DNA of 64,000 nt from Gammaproteobacteria bacterium (GCA_029862045.1 JAOTYE010000009.1:39314-103313); one strand, 5' to 3'. Positions 37,552 to 47,789 are shown, numbered from the stretch's first letter. Numbers and translations: made by a program. The notes: generated by a model from the letters alone, not told the origin.

Positions 37552-38244
37552 ATGACTGCAGTACGTTGCGTTGATTTGTGCAAAACCTATCGCCAGGGTG
37601 AAGAAGACATCAAGGCTCTCGACCACGTCAGCATCGACATCGCGGAGGGCGGATTCGTGTGTCTCTCGGCGCCATCGGGCGGCGGCAAGACCACCCTGCT
37701 TAACGCGATAGGCGGGCTCGACAAGCCGGACAGCGGCGAGATCTACATCGCGGGCCGGCGCATCGACAACCTGTCCAAGGGTGAGCTGGCCGAGCTGCGC
37801 CTGCGACAAATCGGCTTCGTCTTTCAGGCGTTCAACCTGATTCCCGTCCTGACGGCGAGAGAAAACGTCGAATTCGTGATGCAGGTGCAGGGCGTTCCTG
37901 CAGGTGAACGGCAAAAACTGGCCGGTGAGATTCTCGACGAGGTGGGGCTTGCCGGTCTCGATGATCGCCGTCCCGCCGACATGTCGGGCGGTCAGCAGCA
38001 ACGCGTCGCCGTTGCTCGTGCCATCGTTTCACGGCCGGAGTTGGTGCTTGCCGACGAGCCGACCGCAAACCTCGATTCAAAGACCGCCGACGGGCTCATG
38101 GAGTTGTTCCGCGAGCTCAATGAACACCACCACACGACCTTTGTCATTGCGACGCACGACAAGCGCGTCATGAGTTATGCGAAACGGCTCATACGCATGC
38201 TCGATGGACGTATCGTTGATGACATCGTTCAAGATGCGGCCTAG
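37552..38244 (+). CDS. ABC transporter ATP-binding protein (LolD/MacB-type)
   Basis: ATG 37552. Walker A APSGGGKTT, signature MSGGQQQRVAVARA, Walker B LVLADEPT. Confidence 0.9.
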   Translation: MTAVRCVDLCKTYRQGEEDIKALDHVSIDIAEGGFVCLSAPSGGGKTTLLNAIGGLDKPDSGEIYIAGRRIDNLSKGELAELRLRQIGFVFQAFNLIPVLTARENVEFVMQVQGVPAGERQKLAGEILDEVGLAGLDDRRPADMSGGQQQRVAVARAIVSRPELVLADEPTANLDSKTADGLMELFRELNEHHHTTFVIATHDKRVMSYAKRLIRMLDGRIVDDIVQDAA

Positions 38245-39490
38245 CCACGCGTTACTGTTACTTCTCTCGTGTGCTGTCGCACTTGCCGATGACAGCCCCT
38301 ACGACTTCGGCGGCCACACCAAGTTTCGGCTCGTTGGTCAAAGCTTTCCCGATGACAGCCTGTTTCGCGATGTCATTGGCTCGGATGCGATCGATGTGGA
38401 AGGTGATCTTCGACTGAATCTCTCAACGAGCCGTGGCCGGTGGTCGTTCAATTCGGACTATCAGTTGTTTGCGCTGCATGGTGACAGCGTCCAGCTCGCT
38501 CGTGAACTCGGTGCTTTGAGCAGCTTGTCTGCCGATCGCTTTCCCGACGATCAACGCCGCCTGTTCGATTTGACGCACATCATCGATGACAGCAGTCAGA
38601 GCGTTTCCGCGCATCGTCTCGACCGGCTCTGGGTTGGCTACACAAGCGAAAAGGCTGTCGTGCGCTTTGGTCGCCAGGCGCTGTCCTGGGGTAACGGCCT
38701 CTTCTATTCGCCGATGGACCTCGTCAACCCGTTCGATCCCGCGGCGATCGACACCGAATTCAAAACCGGTGATGACATGCTCTATCTGCAGTACCTGCGC
38801 GACAGCGGTGACGATGTGCAGGGGGCAGCCGTATTTCGTCGCGACCCGTTGAGCGGTGATGTCGAATCCGATCAGGCGACGGTTGCGCTGAAGTACCACG
38901 GATTTCTCGGCGAGAGCGAGTATGACGTCCTGGTAGCAGAGAGTTATGGCGACACCGTGCTCGGCGTCGGCGGAGTCCGCAGCATCGGCGGTGCGGTCGT
39001 TCGCGGTGATGTCGTCGTGACCGATACGTCGAGCGACACCTATGTCCAGGCCGTCGCCAACGTCAGCTACTCCTGGACATGGGGCGGCAGAAACATAAGC
39101 GGCGCTGTCGAGTACTATTTCAACGGTTTCGGACAGCAAGGCGAGCGGTACGACCCGCTGAGCCTCGCCAGTAACCCGGACTTGCTCGTGCGCCTTGCAC
39201 GCTCTGAATTGTTTACGCTGGGCCGCAACTATCTTGCAGGAAGCCTGATGATCGAGATGTCCCCGTTGTGGACATTGACTCCGACGCTTCTTGCTAACCT
39301 GAATGATCCGAGCGCGCTGCTGCAGTTCGTGACGCAGCACAGTTTGTCCGACAACATGACGTTCCTTGGCAGCCTGAACATACCGCTTGGCTCGAACGGC
39401 ACGGAATTCGGTGGCATCGACTCCGGTATTCCCGACCGCTACCTGTCTTCAAGCGCTGGGGTATTCGCGCAGTTCGCCTGGTACTTTTAG
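38234..39490 (+). CDS. hypothetical outer-membrane beta-barrel protein
   Basis: ATG 38234 gives signal peptide MRPSHALLLLLSCAVALA. Alternating beta-strand pattern and C-terminus FAQFAWYF. Overlaps the ATPase gene end by 11 nt. Confidence 0.65.
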   Translation: MRPSHALLLLLSCAVALADDSPYDFGGHTKFRLVGQSFPDDSLFRDVIGSDAIDVEGDLRLNLSTSRGRWSFNSDYQLFALHGDSVQLARELGALSSLSADRFPDDQRRLFDLTHIIDDSSQSVSAHRLDRLWVGYTSEKAVVRFGRQALSWGNGLFYSPMDLVNPFDPAAIDTEFKTGDDMLYLQYLRDSGDDVQGAAVFRRDPLSGDVESDQATVALKYHGFLGESEYDVLVAESYGDTVLGVGGVRSIGGAVVRGDVVVTDTSSDTYVQAVANVSYSWTWGGRNISGAVEYYFNGFGQQGERYDPLSLASNPDLLVRLARSELFTLGRNYLAGSLMIEMSPLWTLTPTLLANLNDPSALLQFVTQHSLSDNMTFLGSLNIPLGSNGTEFGGIDSGIPDRYLSSSAGVFAQFAWYF

Positions 39491-39547
39491 CCGCTACGCC
39501 CGCCAGCTATGTGCCCTCGGGCAAGGTGGGCTCCGACAGGTGGGCTA

Positions 39548-40144
39548 TTACGACCTGGATAAGTCTTTGATGTTTTCCAACAGGTTTGCGAACGAATGCT
39601 CGCGCTCGGGGCCGAACACCGGATCGAGGAGATCCAGGTGGGAAATATCGACAAATAGTTCACCCTCATCCTGCACCAGCGCATCAGCACGGCGGAACAA
39701 GTCGTCTTCTTCCCAGGCCATATGCTCGCGAAGACGCTGAACATAGTCGGTCGCATCAGCGACAAGCCGGTCTCGAGTCACGGCCGCACCTGAAGCGACC
39801 GCTTCGATATCGTTGCGCAGCGTCTCGCCGAGTCTGGCGATCTCCTCGTGCTCCGGTTCGACCTGTTCTAGGCCTGCGGCGAGTTCCGGCCGCTCTTTTT
39901 TCATAGCGCCGTACAGCACATCTTCTTTCGGGTGATGCACGGCGTCCGAATAGACCGTCATGTATCGCATGATGTCGTGTATCAGTTCGTAGTCGGGTTT
40001 TTCGCCTTCGCGAACGTGTTCGATCTCACGCGCAAGGAGGTCGAGCATGACCGTCATGTTGCGATGGTCTTCGTGCAGGTCACTAAGAATGTCAGCTAGT
40101 TGAATAGTCACATCGGCGCCTCGTTGCAAATGGCGAAAACTCAT
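39548..40144 (-). CDS. hemerythrin domain-containing protein
   Basis: Metal-ligand-type motifs LHEDHRNM, AVHHPKEDVLY and REHMAWEEDDLF. Confidence 0.8.
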   Translation of the reverse strand: MSFRHLQRGADVTIQLADILSDLHEDHRNMTVMLDLLAREIEHVREGEKPDYELIHDIMRYMTVYSDAVHHPKEDVLYGAMKKERPELAAGLEQVEPEHEEIARLGETLRNDIEAVASGAAVTRDRLVADATDYVQRLREHMAWEEDDLFRRADALVQDEGELFVDISHLDLLDPVFGPEREHSFANLLENIKDLSRS

Positions 40145-40223
40145 GTTGCGCGTACACCCGAATCGCGAAAATCCGGGTTTTCACCTACCTCATGGCCGGG
40201 ATATTTATGAGTTCGTCCCGCGG

Positions 40224-40760
40224 CTAGAAGAATTTTTTGGCGAGCCCCATTACGTCATCAAGACCGAATCCGTCGCCGCCACCGATCAGGTCACCAAGCG
40301 GTCCGAGGCCTCCTTCACTTGCTGACGAGCCGAGATCACGGCCACCCGAGCTTTTCTTGCTCATCGCACCCATCGCGAGTCCCGCCAGCAATGGCAGCGC
40401 CTTCTTGATCAGGCCCGCGTCAATACCGGTTTCCTTGGCGGCATGGGCTGCAACATTGCGGCTGACATCTTTGCTGCCAAACAGATGGCCAAGAATATTG
40501 TTGCCGTCGGACCGTGTCGCGTCGTCGCGCAGCAACTTGGGGTTGTCGACGTAGCGCTCGTGGCCGCCGGATTGCAGTGCGTTTCTCAGGCCCTTGAGCC
40601 CGTCGTCGCTGGCCGTGTTTTTTTGCAGGCCGCTCAGCAGCGCCGGCGCGAGGGCGCCTATCAGTTTGTTTGTGTCCGAAGAGCCCAGACCAACAGCGCC
40701 CGCAAGCTCGCCAATGCTGTTATCGCCGCCCGTGCTCTTGAGTAAGTCCAGTAAGTCCAT
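40224..40760 (-). CDS. DUF937-like protein
   Basis: ATG 40760 after AAGGA. The N-terminus MDLLDLLKSTGGDNSIGELAGAVGL and Gly/Ser-rich repeats resemble DUF937 as recalled. Confidence 0.6.
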   Translation of the reverse strand: MDLLDLLKSTGGDNSIGELAGAVGLGSSDTNKLIGALAPALLSGLQKNTASDDGLKGLRNALQSGGHERYVDNPKLLRDDATRSDGNNILGHLFGSKDVSRNVAAHAAKETGIDAGLIKKALPLLAGLAMGAMSKKSSGGRDLGSSASEGGLGPLGDLIGGGDGFGLDDVMGLAKKFF

Positions 40761-40839
40761 ATCTAATCCTTGGTTCAGTTTGCCAGCGGCTATACTATTC
40801 AGGCCGCACTTCAGTGAGATAACAACACAGGACTGCAAC

Positions 40840-42372
40840 ATGCGCAATCAAACTATTTGGTGCCTGGCTCTCAGCACATTTTTTGCCGGATGCGCCGTCA
40901 ATCCGGTTACGGGTGATCGCGAGCTCATACTCGTCAGCGGCGAACAGGAACTCGCCATGGGTGCACAGAACTACGTACCGATGCAGCAGTCCCAGGGCGG
41001 CCCTTACGATGTTGACCCTGCGCTGACCCAGTACGTGCAAGCCGTCGGCATGCAGCTCGCCGAGGCCAGCGGCGTTGCCCTGCCTTATGAATTCACTGTG
41101 TTGAACAACTCCGTACCGAACGCCTGGGCGCTGCCCGGCGGCAAAATCGCGATCAATCGCGGGCTACTCACCGAGTTGAAGTCCGAAGCGGAGCTGGCCG
41201 CTGTCCTCGGACACGAAATTGTCCACGCGGCCGGGCGACACACGGCCAAGCAAATGTCTCGTGGCATGCTGATGCAAGGCCTCGTGGTTGCGACCAGCGT
41301 TGCGACCAACGACAGCAGCTACGGCGACCTGGCGGTTGGCGGCGCGAGCGTCGCTGCGCAGATGACGATGATGAAATACGGCCGCGACGCGGAACTCGAG
41401 TCCGACAAATACGGTATGCGCTACATGTCGAAAGCCGGCTATGACCCACAGGGTGCAGTCACTTTGCAGGAGACGTTCGTGCGCCTGAGCGAGGGCAAGA
41501 ACCAGGATTGGCTGAGCGGTCTCTTTGCCAGCCATCCGCCGTCACAGGAGCGGGTCAAGGCAAACAGGAAATCCGCGGCTAAACGGCCGGCTGGCGGCAA
41601 GCTTGGTGTCGAGAGTTTCAATGCCGCGATGAAAAGGACGCTGGCGGCCAAGCCCGCCTATGACGCTTATGACGAGGGCCGCAAAGCGCTCTCCGAAAAG
41701 GAAACCGATGCAGCGCTCGCGCATGCCAACGAAGCGCTTACGCTGTTCCCGAACGAAGCGCATTTCCATGCGCTGCGCGGCGATGTCCGACTGGTCAATG
41801 ATCAATACGACATGGCCGTGACGAACTACAATCGAGCGATCGATCGGCGTGGCGACTTCTTCTACTACCATCTGCAACGTGGAATCGCGAAGCATGAACT
41901 CGGACAGATCGACGCCGCGATTTCAGATCTCGAAACCAGTCTTCAGCTGTTGCCCACTGCACCCGCACATTTCACGTTGGGTACGATCAAGGAACAGCGC
42001 GGGCCGCTGGAAGAGGCGATAAATCACTACAAAGTTGTTGCCAAGAGCGGCGGCGAGTACGGCAAGGTCGCCTACGCCGCGCTTGTCCGACTTGAACTAC
42101 CGCAACAGCCTGCAGCGTACGTTGCATCCGTTTGCGGTGATGACGGCAGTGGCCAAATCGTCGTGCAGGTACGTAATGACACGTCCGTGATCATAGCCGG
42201 CGTACAGGCGCAGTTTCAGTACGTGGACAGTGGCGGAGACCCGCGCTTGCGCACGCAGAATTTCAGCGGCCAGATCGCGCCGGGCAAGATCGCCAGCGTC
42301 AGGACCGGCCTGGCCCCGTACGCTGGCACGCGATGCGAGGCAAAGGTAACTAACGCGCGGATAGTTGAATAG
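40840..42372 (+). CDS. M48 family metalloprotease with C-terminal TPR repeats, lipoprotein
   Basis: ATG 40840 gives MRNQTIWCLALSTFFAGC|A. Zinc motif LGHEIVHAAGRH. TPR-like repeats downstream. Confidence 0.85.
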   Translation: MRNQTIWCLALSTFFAGCAVNPVTGDRELILVSGEQELAMGAQNYVPMQQSQGGPYDVDPALTQYVQAVGMQLAEASGVALPYEFTVLNNSVPNAWALPGGKIAINRGLLTELKSEAELAAVLGHEIVHAAGRHTAKQMSRGMLMQGLVVATSVATNDSSYGDLAVGGASVAAQMTMMKYGRDAELESDKYGMRYMSKAGYDPQGAVTLQETFVRLSEGKNQDWLSGLFASHPPSQERVKANRKSAAKRPAGGKLGVESFNAAMKRTLAAKPAYDAYDEGRKALSEKETDAALAHANEALTLFPNEAHFHALRGDVRLVNDQYDMAVTNYNRAIDRRGDFFYYHLQRGIAKHELGQIDAAISDLETSLQLLPTAPAHFTLGTIKEQRGPLEEAINHYKVVAKSGGEYGKVAYAALVRLELPQQPAAYVASVCGDDGSGQIVVQVRNDTSVIIAGVQAQFQYVDSGGDPRLRTQNFSGQIAPGKIASVRTGLAPYAGTRCEAKVTNARIVE

Positions 42373-44236
42373 ACGGGTCGTCCAGCAACCGCTCCATCTC
42401 ATCCATAATCGCATTCATCTTCGCGATAATGGCCTGGTAGGGTTCCGGTTTTGCCAGATCGACGCCAGCTTCTACCAGCAACAGGTACGGATAATTCGAA
42501 CCGCCGGCCCGTAGCAGGTTCTTGTAGTTCTCTACGCCGGCTTCGCCTTCGCTCACGATTTTCGAGTACAGGGCCGTGCCGGCAGTCTTCGACGTCGAGT
42601 ACTGGAATACGTACATGTTGTAATAGAAGTGCTGGATGAACATCCATTCGTTCGTGTACAGGTCATCGATGATGACGATGCCTTCGTCATGCCCATGGTA
42701 GCGTCGCAGGATCTCTCCATAGATTTCCGAGATGCGATCACCCGACAAGGCCTCGCCACGTTCCGCGGCTTCATACAGTGCCAGCTCGAACTCGGCGAAC
42801 ATGGTCTGGCGGAAGAACGTTCCGCGCATGCCTTCAAGCGCGTGACCAAGATAAAAGAGCTTTTCATCGATCGTCTCGGCGTTCTTCTGCATGTAGTCCT
42901 GCAGGATCAATTCCAGCGACGTCGACGGAATTTCGGCGATAAATGTCGCGTAGCCGGCGGTCTCGAACGGCTGTTCCTGACGTGCGTACAGTGTGTGCAT
43001 CGCATGGCCCCACTCATGCGCGAGTGTTGACAGAGAAGCGTAGTTATCATTGTGGTTTAGCAACACGTAAGGGTGCACGTCGTACGCGATACCCGCCATG
43101 TAGGCACCCGATTGCTTGCCGCGCTGCGGATAAACATGCATCCAGCGCTCATCCATCGCGGCCTTTTGCATCTCGACCCAGTCTTCTCCGAGAACAGACA
43201 TCGCTTCGAGAGTGATCTGCTTGCTCGTCTCGATATCGAATTCCTTGTCGAGCGATACAAGCGGTGGATAGATGTCGTAGTAATGCATCTGCTCGACGCC
43301 AAGCATGCGCCCACGTAATCGAAAGTAGCGGTGCAGCGTCGGTAGCGCCTTGTTCACTTCTTCAACCAGCGTGTGGTAGACCGCGGCCGGAAGGTTGTCC
43401 TGGTGCAGTTCGCGGTGCAGAACGCTGTCGTAGTTTCTGGCCTTCGCCAATCCGACCTGGGTCTGAATGTGGGAGTTCAGCACCATGCCGACCGAATTGC
43501 GGTATTCGCGCCACTTGCCCCAATAGGTATCGAATGCCAGTTTGCGATCATCGCGATTGGTGCTGCTGCGCGCGCGACCATAGCCTTGCGCGTCAACGGT
43601 GACTTCCTCACCATCCGACAAGGTTATTGTCGGCCACGGGATATCGGAGTTAGCGATCAGGCTATACGTGTTCGACGGCGCACCGAATGTTTGCGACAAA
43701 TACGACAGTGTCTGTTCGGCCTCCATGCCAAGCGTGTGCGGCGCGTTTCTGAGGCTGTCGTCCAGTTGATAGGCAAACGGCGCCAGGCGCTCGTCTTCCT
43801 TGATGTATGACTCGATCACCTCGCGACCGACCTCGATAAGTTCGGGTTGCATCCATGCCGTGGCTTCATTGAATTGCGCGAACATGATATCGGCAAGTTG
43901 CACGCGCTCCTGTGTTTCGCTGACACGCAAATCTTCGTCGCTATTCAGCGAGGCATAGACATATACGCGATAACTTTTTCGAAGCGTGTCGGAGACATGG
44001 CGATAAGTCCGGTACAGCGAATCGGCACTGTCGCCGAGTGTGCCGCGCCGGGCCTCTATCGCCTCGAACTCCGCCAGGACCTCCTCGCGGGCCTCCTCCC
44101 AGGCTTCGACAGTCGGGAAGAGCTCAGTCAGATCCCAGGTGTAGCGTGGATCAACGGTGGCCTCTTCTTGAGCGAACGTATGGCTGAGCGGCAAGGCGGC
44201 GACCAATGCAGTCGCAACTAATAGAATTCTTCTCAT
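42350..44236 (-). CDS. pepF: M3 family oligoendopeptidase (PepF-like), exported
   Basis: Signal peptide. Zinc motif LAHEWGHAMH. 628 aa. Confidence 0.85.
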   Translation of the reverse strand: MRRILLVATALVAALPLSHTFAQEEATVDPRYTWDLTELFPTVEAWEEAREEVLAEFEAIEARRGTLGDSADSLYRTYRHVSDTLRKSYRVYVYASLNSDEDLRVSETQERVQLADIMFAQFNEATAWMQPELIEVGREVIESYIKEDERLAPFAYQLDDSLRNAPHTLGMEAEQTLSYLSQTFGAPSNTYSLIANSDIPWPTITLSDGEEVTVDAQGYGRARSSTNRDDRKLAFDTYWGKWREYRNSVGMVLNSHIQTQVGLAKARNYDSVLHRELHQDNLPAAVYHTLVEEVNKALPTLHRYFRLRGRMLGVEQMHYYDIYPPLVSLDKEFDIETSKQITLEAMSVLGEDWVEMQKAAMDERWMHVYPQRGKQSGAYMAGIAYDVHPYVLLNHNDNYASLSTLAHEWGHAMHTLYARQEQPFETAGYATFIAEIPSTSLELILQDYMQKNAETIDEKLFYLGHALEGMRGTFFRQTMFAEFELALYEAAERGEALSGDRISEIYGEILRRYHGHDEGIVIIDDLYTNEWMFIQHFYYNMYVFQYSTSKTAGTALYSKIVSEGEAGVENYKNLLRAGGSNYPYLLLVEAGVDLAKPEPYQAIIAKMNAIMDEMERLLDDPSIQLSAR

Positions 44237-44282
44237 GATTGGCTACCCCAAATATTGTTTCCGTGTTAGACACAGGAACTCG

Positions 44283-46004
44283 TTAATGTTCCGCGATCCA
44301 GGCATCGATGACCGTGCCAAGCATCGGCAGGGTAACGCCGCCGTTGGCAAGAATTCGATCGTGGAATTCTCTTATGTCGAACTGATGCCCCATGGCTTCC
44401 TCGGCTTTTCTGCGCAGGCGTTGAATCTCGAGGCTTCCCATCAGGTACGACGTCGCCTGGCCCGGCACTGCCGCATAGCGATCGATTTGCGCCGCAACCC
44501 CGTCGTAGTTCCTGGCTGTGTGCTCGAGCAGGTACTGGATGGCATCGTCCCGTGTCCAGCCAAAGACGTGGATGCCCGTATCGACAACCATGCGCGCAGC
44601 TCGCAGAGACTCGGCCGACATCATGCCGAGACGTGTAACGTCGCTTGAATACAGGCCCATCTCGTCCGCGAGTCGCTCGGAATACAGGCCCCATCCTTCG
44701 GCAAAACCTGATACGAACATGTAGCGCAAGATGGGGTGCAACGAGTCGTTGAGCAGGGCGATCGATGCCTGCAGATGATGTCCGGGATAGCCTTCGTGGA
44801 ACGTCAACGACTCTTCGCCGGCTTTACTGATCGTGGTCGGGTTGTAGGTGCCGACCTGAATGATGGCCGGGCGGCTGCCATCAGCGGCACCAGAAGAATA
44901 AAAGCCGCTGCCGGAGTCTTTTTCATAGGCCGGCGATGGAATGACAACGACAGCAGCATCCGGCACGTAGCCAAACCAGTTATTTGCGGCGTTGCGGCTA
45001 CGTTCGACCGCATTGTTGACGAAATCGAGTACCGCTTGTTCAGTCTTGAATGTGTACGCGGGATTGGAGCGCATTTCCTCGAGCAAGCCGCCAACGTCGT
45101 CCGTATCGAACGACTCCCTGGCAAGCGCCAGCATCTCGCTCTGGATACGCGCCATCTCCGATAGACCGGTGCGATGAATATCCACGGCACTGGTCGGTAA
45201 CGATGCCCAGTATCTTACGGATGCCGCGTAGCACGCCGCGCCGTCAGGGTTGGCACCGACGCCGATCTCGTCGCGACCCTGATATTCATCAGCGAGAAAA
45301 TCACGATAAGCAATCATCGCCGGATTTATCGTCGACGAGAGGACGTTTCGATACTCGGCAACAAATGCCTCGTCATCGGAACGGGCGGCCGGACTGAAGA
45401 ACGGCGACTCTTCGGCCGGCATTTCAATGAGCGAGGTCACCTGATCGATCACTTTGATGACGTTGCTCTGCGGCGCCAGATAGCCTTGGTCCACGCCGCG
45501 CCGCAGATTGCCGATGTCGACCTGCAGGAAGCGGGCGATGTCGTTCGCTCGAGCCAGTGCCTCCTGGCGCTCTTTCCCGGTACTGACCGGCTGAATGGCA
45601 AGCGTTCCTGCGATCATGAATTGCCAACCGGTGTAGGTCGGACTGACGTTCCACAGCGCGTTTTGGCAAATACGCCAATCGACGAGAGCCTGCAGTCGTT
45701 CGTGAGCGAAGACCCAGGTGATAGCTTCAGGTGTGCCGGCGAGAGTGGCGATGTCGATCTCGTCGAGAGCATTGAGCCAGCCGTTGACCTTTACGTCCCA
45801 CGCTGCCAGTGTCTCCGGACTGTGATCGCCGAAGCGGTCTGTTGGCGAGTCGGGATAGCCGACCTCGTAAACCTCTTCGGGAAACTGCATGTAGTAGCCG
45901 TGTACAAATTCGGAAGCAATTTCATTGACGCGATCGGCCGGTGCCTGTGAACAGGCGGTCACGGCAAACCCAGCAAGGCCCAAAAGCAGGCATTTTGGCA
46001 ACAC
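44283..46004 (-). CDS. DUF885 domain-containing lipoprotein
   Basis: Lipobox FAVTAC|SQ. Characteristic HEGYPGHHLQ motif. Confidence 0.85.
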   Translation of the reverse strand: MLPKCLLLGLAGFAVTACSQAPADRVNEIASEFVHGYYMQFPEEVYEVGYPDSPTDRFGDHSPETLAAWDVKVNGWLNALDEIDIATLAGTPEAITWVFAHERLQALVDWRICQNALWNVSPTYTGWQFMIAGTLAIQPVSTGKERQEALARANDIARFLQVDIGNLRRGVDQGYLAPQSNVIKVIDQVTSLIEMPAEESPFFSPAARSDDEAFVAEYRNVLSSTINPAMIAYRDFLADEYQGRDEIGVGANPDGAACYAASVRYWASLPTSAVDIHRTGLSEMARIQSEMLALARESFDTDDVGGLLEEMRSNPAYTFKTEQAVLDFVNNAVERSRNAANNWFGYVPDAAVVVIPSPAYEKDSGSGFYSSGAADGSRPAIIQVGTYNPTTISKAGEESLTFHEGYPGHHLQASIALLNDSLHPILRYMFVSGFAEGWGLYSERLADEMGLYSSDVTRLGMMSAESLRAARMVVDTGIHVFGWTRDDAIQYLLEHTARNYDGVAAQIDRYAAVPGQATSYLMGSLEIQRLRRKAEEAMGHQFDIREFHDRILANGGVTLPMLGTVIDAWIAEH

Positions 46005-46092
46005 GGCTGGCTCCAGAAATGATAAAAACAGTGCAGCATATCAGCACAAATGTTGTCTGATTACAGCAAGACCCGGCTTCCGGAGTTGTCCC

Positions 46093-46929
46093 ATGAACAA
46101 GATCGTTATTGCTATCGCAATTGGCCTGCCCGCCGGACTTGCGGTAGCCGCCTACATGATTAGTGCCCCGCAACCCCAGCCGATCGCGGCTTCGAGTGCC
46201 AGTCCAGGCGACTATTTTGATCAATCCGCGGCTACGGATGAGCGCATTAGTGCGCTCGAGGCCGCCGTTGCCGAGGAGCGCAATGCTCGACAATTGCTCG
46301 AGGAAGAGTTGCAGGTTCTCTATGCCGAAATCGAGGAAATAGGCAGCGATCGACGGCGCAGTAATGAGCTACTGGTTGCCGAAGGACAAGATGTTCGTGA
46401 AGTGAGGCGACAGAGGGCCGCTATGGCGTCCGCTGTCAACAGCGCGGACGGGCGCGTAGCCCGGCTTATCGAGGCGGGGTTTCCTCCGGATCGCGCTGAC
46501 TGGATCGTGCGGCGCGAGTCCGAACTGCAAATGGCGGCAATGCAGGCGCAGTTCGAGGCGCGGCGATCCGGCGAGCCGATCAATCGTTTTGATCCAGCTT
46601 TCAATTCGACCGCGACCCTGCGCGCCGAACTGGGTGAAGTCGAATACGAGCAATACCTGGAGGCGAATGGTCGTTCCACGTCGGTCATGGTCGGTAGTGT
46701 CATTGAGTCATCGCCCGGCCAACGTGCGGGGCTGCAGGCGGGCGACCAGATCGTCAGCTACGACGGCAGTCGCGTCTTTAACACCTGGGAGTTGAATCAG
46801 CAGACGATACTGGGCGAACCAGGGCAGTCGGTGGTGGTCGGCATTGTTCGCGATGGTGCGCCGATGCAGGTCGTGTTGCCTCGCGGGCCTATTGGCGTCT
46901 CGACAGGCCGCTTTCAAGGGCGGCGCTAG
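46093..46929 (+). CDS. membrane-anchored coiled-coil PDZ domain protein
   Basis: ATG 46093 after GGAG. N-terminal TM helix, a coiled-coil segment, and a C-terminal PDZ-like block SPGQRAGLQAGDQIVSYDGSRV. Confidence 0.7.
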   Translation: MNKIVIAIAIGLPAGLAVAAYMISAPQPQPIAASSASPGDYFDQSAATDERISALEAAVAEERNARQLLEEELQVLYAEIEEIGSDRRRSNELLVAEGQDVREVRRQRAAMASAVNSADGRVARLIEAGFPPDRADWIVRRESELQMAAMQAQFEARRSGEPINRFDPAFNSTATLRAELGEVEYEQYLEANGRSTSVMVGSVIESSPGQRAGLQAGDQIVSYDGSRVFNTWELNQQTILGEPGQSVVVGIVRDGAPMQVVLPRGPIGVSTGRFQGRR

Positions 46930-47045
46930 GCTGGCGTCCCGCTGCTAAGCGCAATCAGCGCGTGCCCGCATGGGCCGCCACTGGATTAACCGGGGGTCCG
47001 CATGCAGAATGGTCCGCAATAAGAATGACAATCTGAGCGCAGACC

Positions 47046-47774
47046 TTGGGGAAACTCCGCTACACAGTTCCGAACAGTTTTACGGCGCTGAGCTTGCTGC
47101 TCGGGCTCGGCTCGATCATAACCACGCAGGTCGGCGATCTTGAGTTCGCGGCTTGGTTGATCGTCTGGTGCGGCCTCCTCGACACGATGGACGGCGTCGC
47201 CGCGAGACTTCTCAAAGCTACGTCTGGTTTCGGGGCTGAATTCGATTCTATGGCGGATCTCGTATCGTTCGGCGTTGCTCCGGCGGTACTCGTTTTCAAT
47301 GCGGGGCTGCAGATAGCGGGCGTGGAACTGGAGTCCGGGCAGTTCTGGGTGCTGGTGACAGCCTGCGGCGTCTTTGTGCTCGCGGGCGCAATGCGACTGG
47401 CGCGTTTCAATCTGGCAACGGGGGCACCGCGAACGGGCTGGTTTACAGGCGTGCCGATCACGGCATGCGGTGGCGGGCTTGTCTCGTCGATGGTGCTGGT
47501 GCTGATCCATCATGAGGACATCGCGACCTCGCTGCCGTTGCATCTCTACCTGCCGATAATCATGTTCGTGCTCGCGATTCTAATGGTGTCCCGGCTGCGC
47601 TTCCCGAAAGCCGTCATCCGCAAGAGCATGATCATTAACGTTTTCATGTTTGCAAATATCGCCGGCATTTTCTTTTGCGGCATCTTCCGCATATTTCCGG
47701 AATACCTGTTCGGCATCGGTTTGTTCCTGCTCATCTCAGGAATCATCGCCGGCCGCATCACTCGCGACGAGTAA
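47046..47774 (+). CDS. pssA: CDP-diacylglycerol--serine O-phosphatidyltransferase (CDP-alcohol phosphatidyltransferase family)
   Basis: Motif DTMDGVAARLLKATSGFGAEFDSMADLVSFGVAP (D-G-x2-A-R...G-x3-D-x3-D). TTG start; there is no in-frame ATG upstream of the motif. Confidence 0.8.
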   Translation: MGKLRYTVPNSFTALSLLLGLGSIITTQVGDLEFAAWLIVWCGLLDTMDGVAARLLKATSGFGAEFDSMADLVSFGVAPAVLVFNAGLQIAGVELESGQFWVLVTACGVFVLAGAMRLARFNLATGAPRTGWFTGVPITACGGGLVSSMVLVLIHHEDIATSLPLHLYLPIIMFVLAILMVSRLRFPKAVIRKSMIINVFMFANIAGIFFCGIFRIFPEYLFGIGLFLLISGIIAGRITRDE

Positions 47775-47789
47775 CAATAAGGGAACGCC

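Noticed and set aside
38423-39340. 305-aa minus-strand ORF. Similar long shadow ORFs occur at 18231-19130, 7301-8134, 62927-63712, 26423-27109 and 51345-52040.
   Set aside because: Each lies fully inside a well-supported gene on the opposite strand and has an Arg-rich, motif-free translation.
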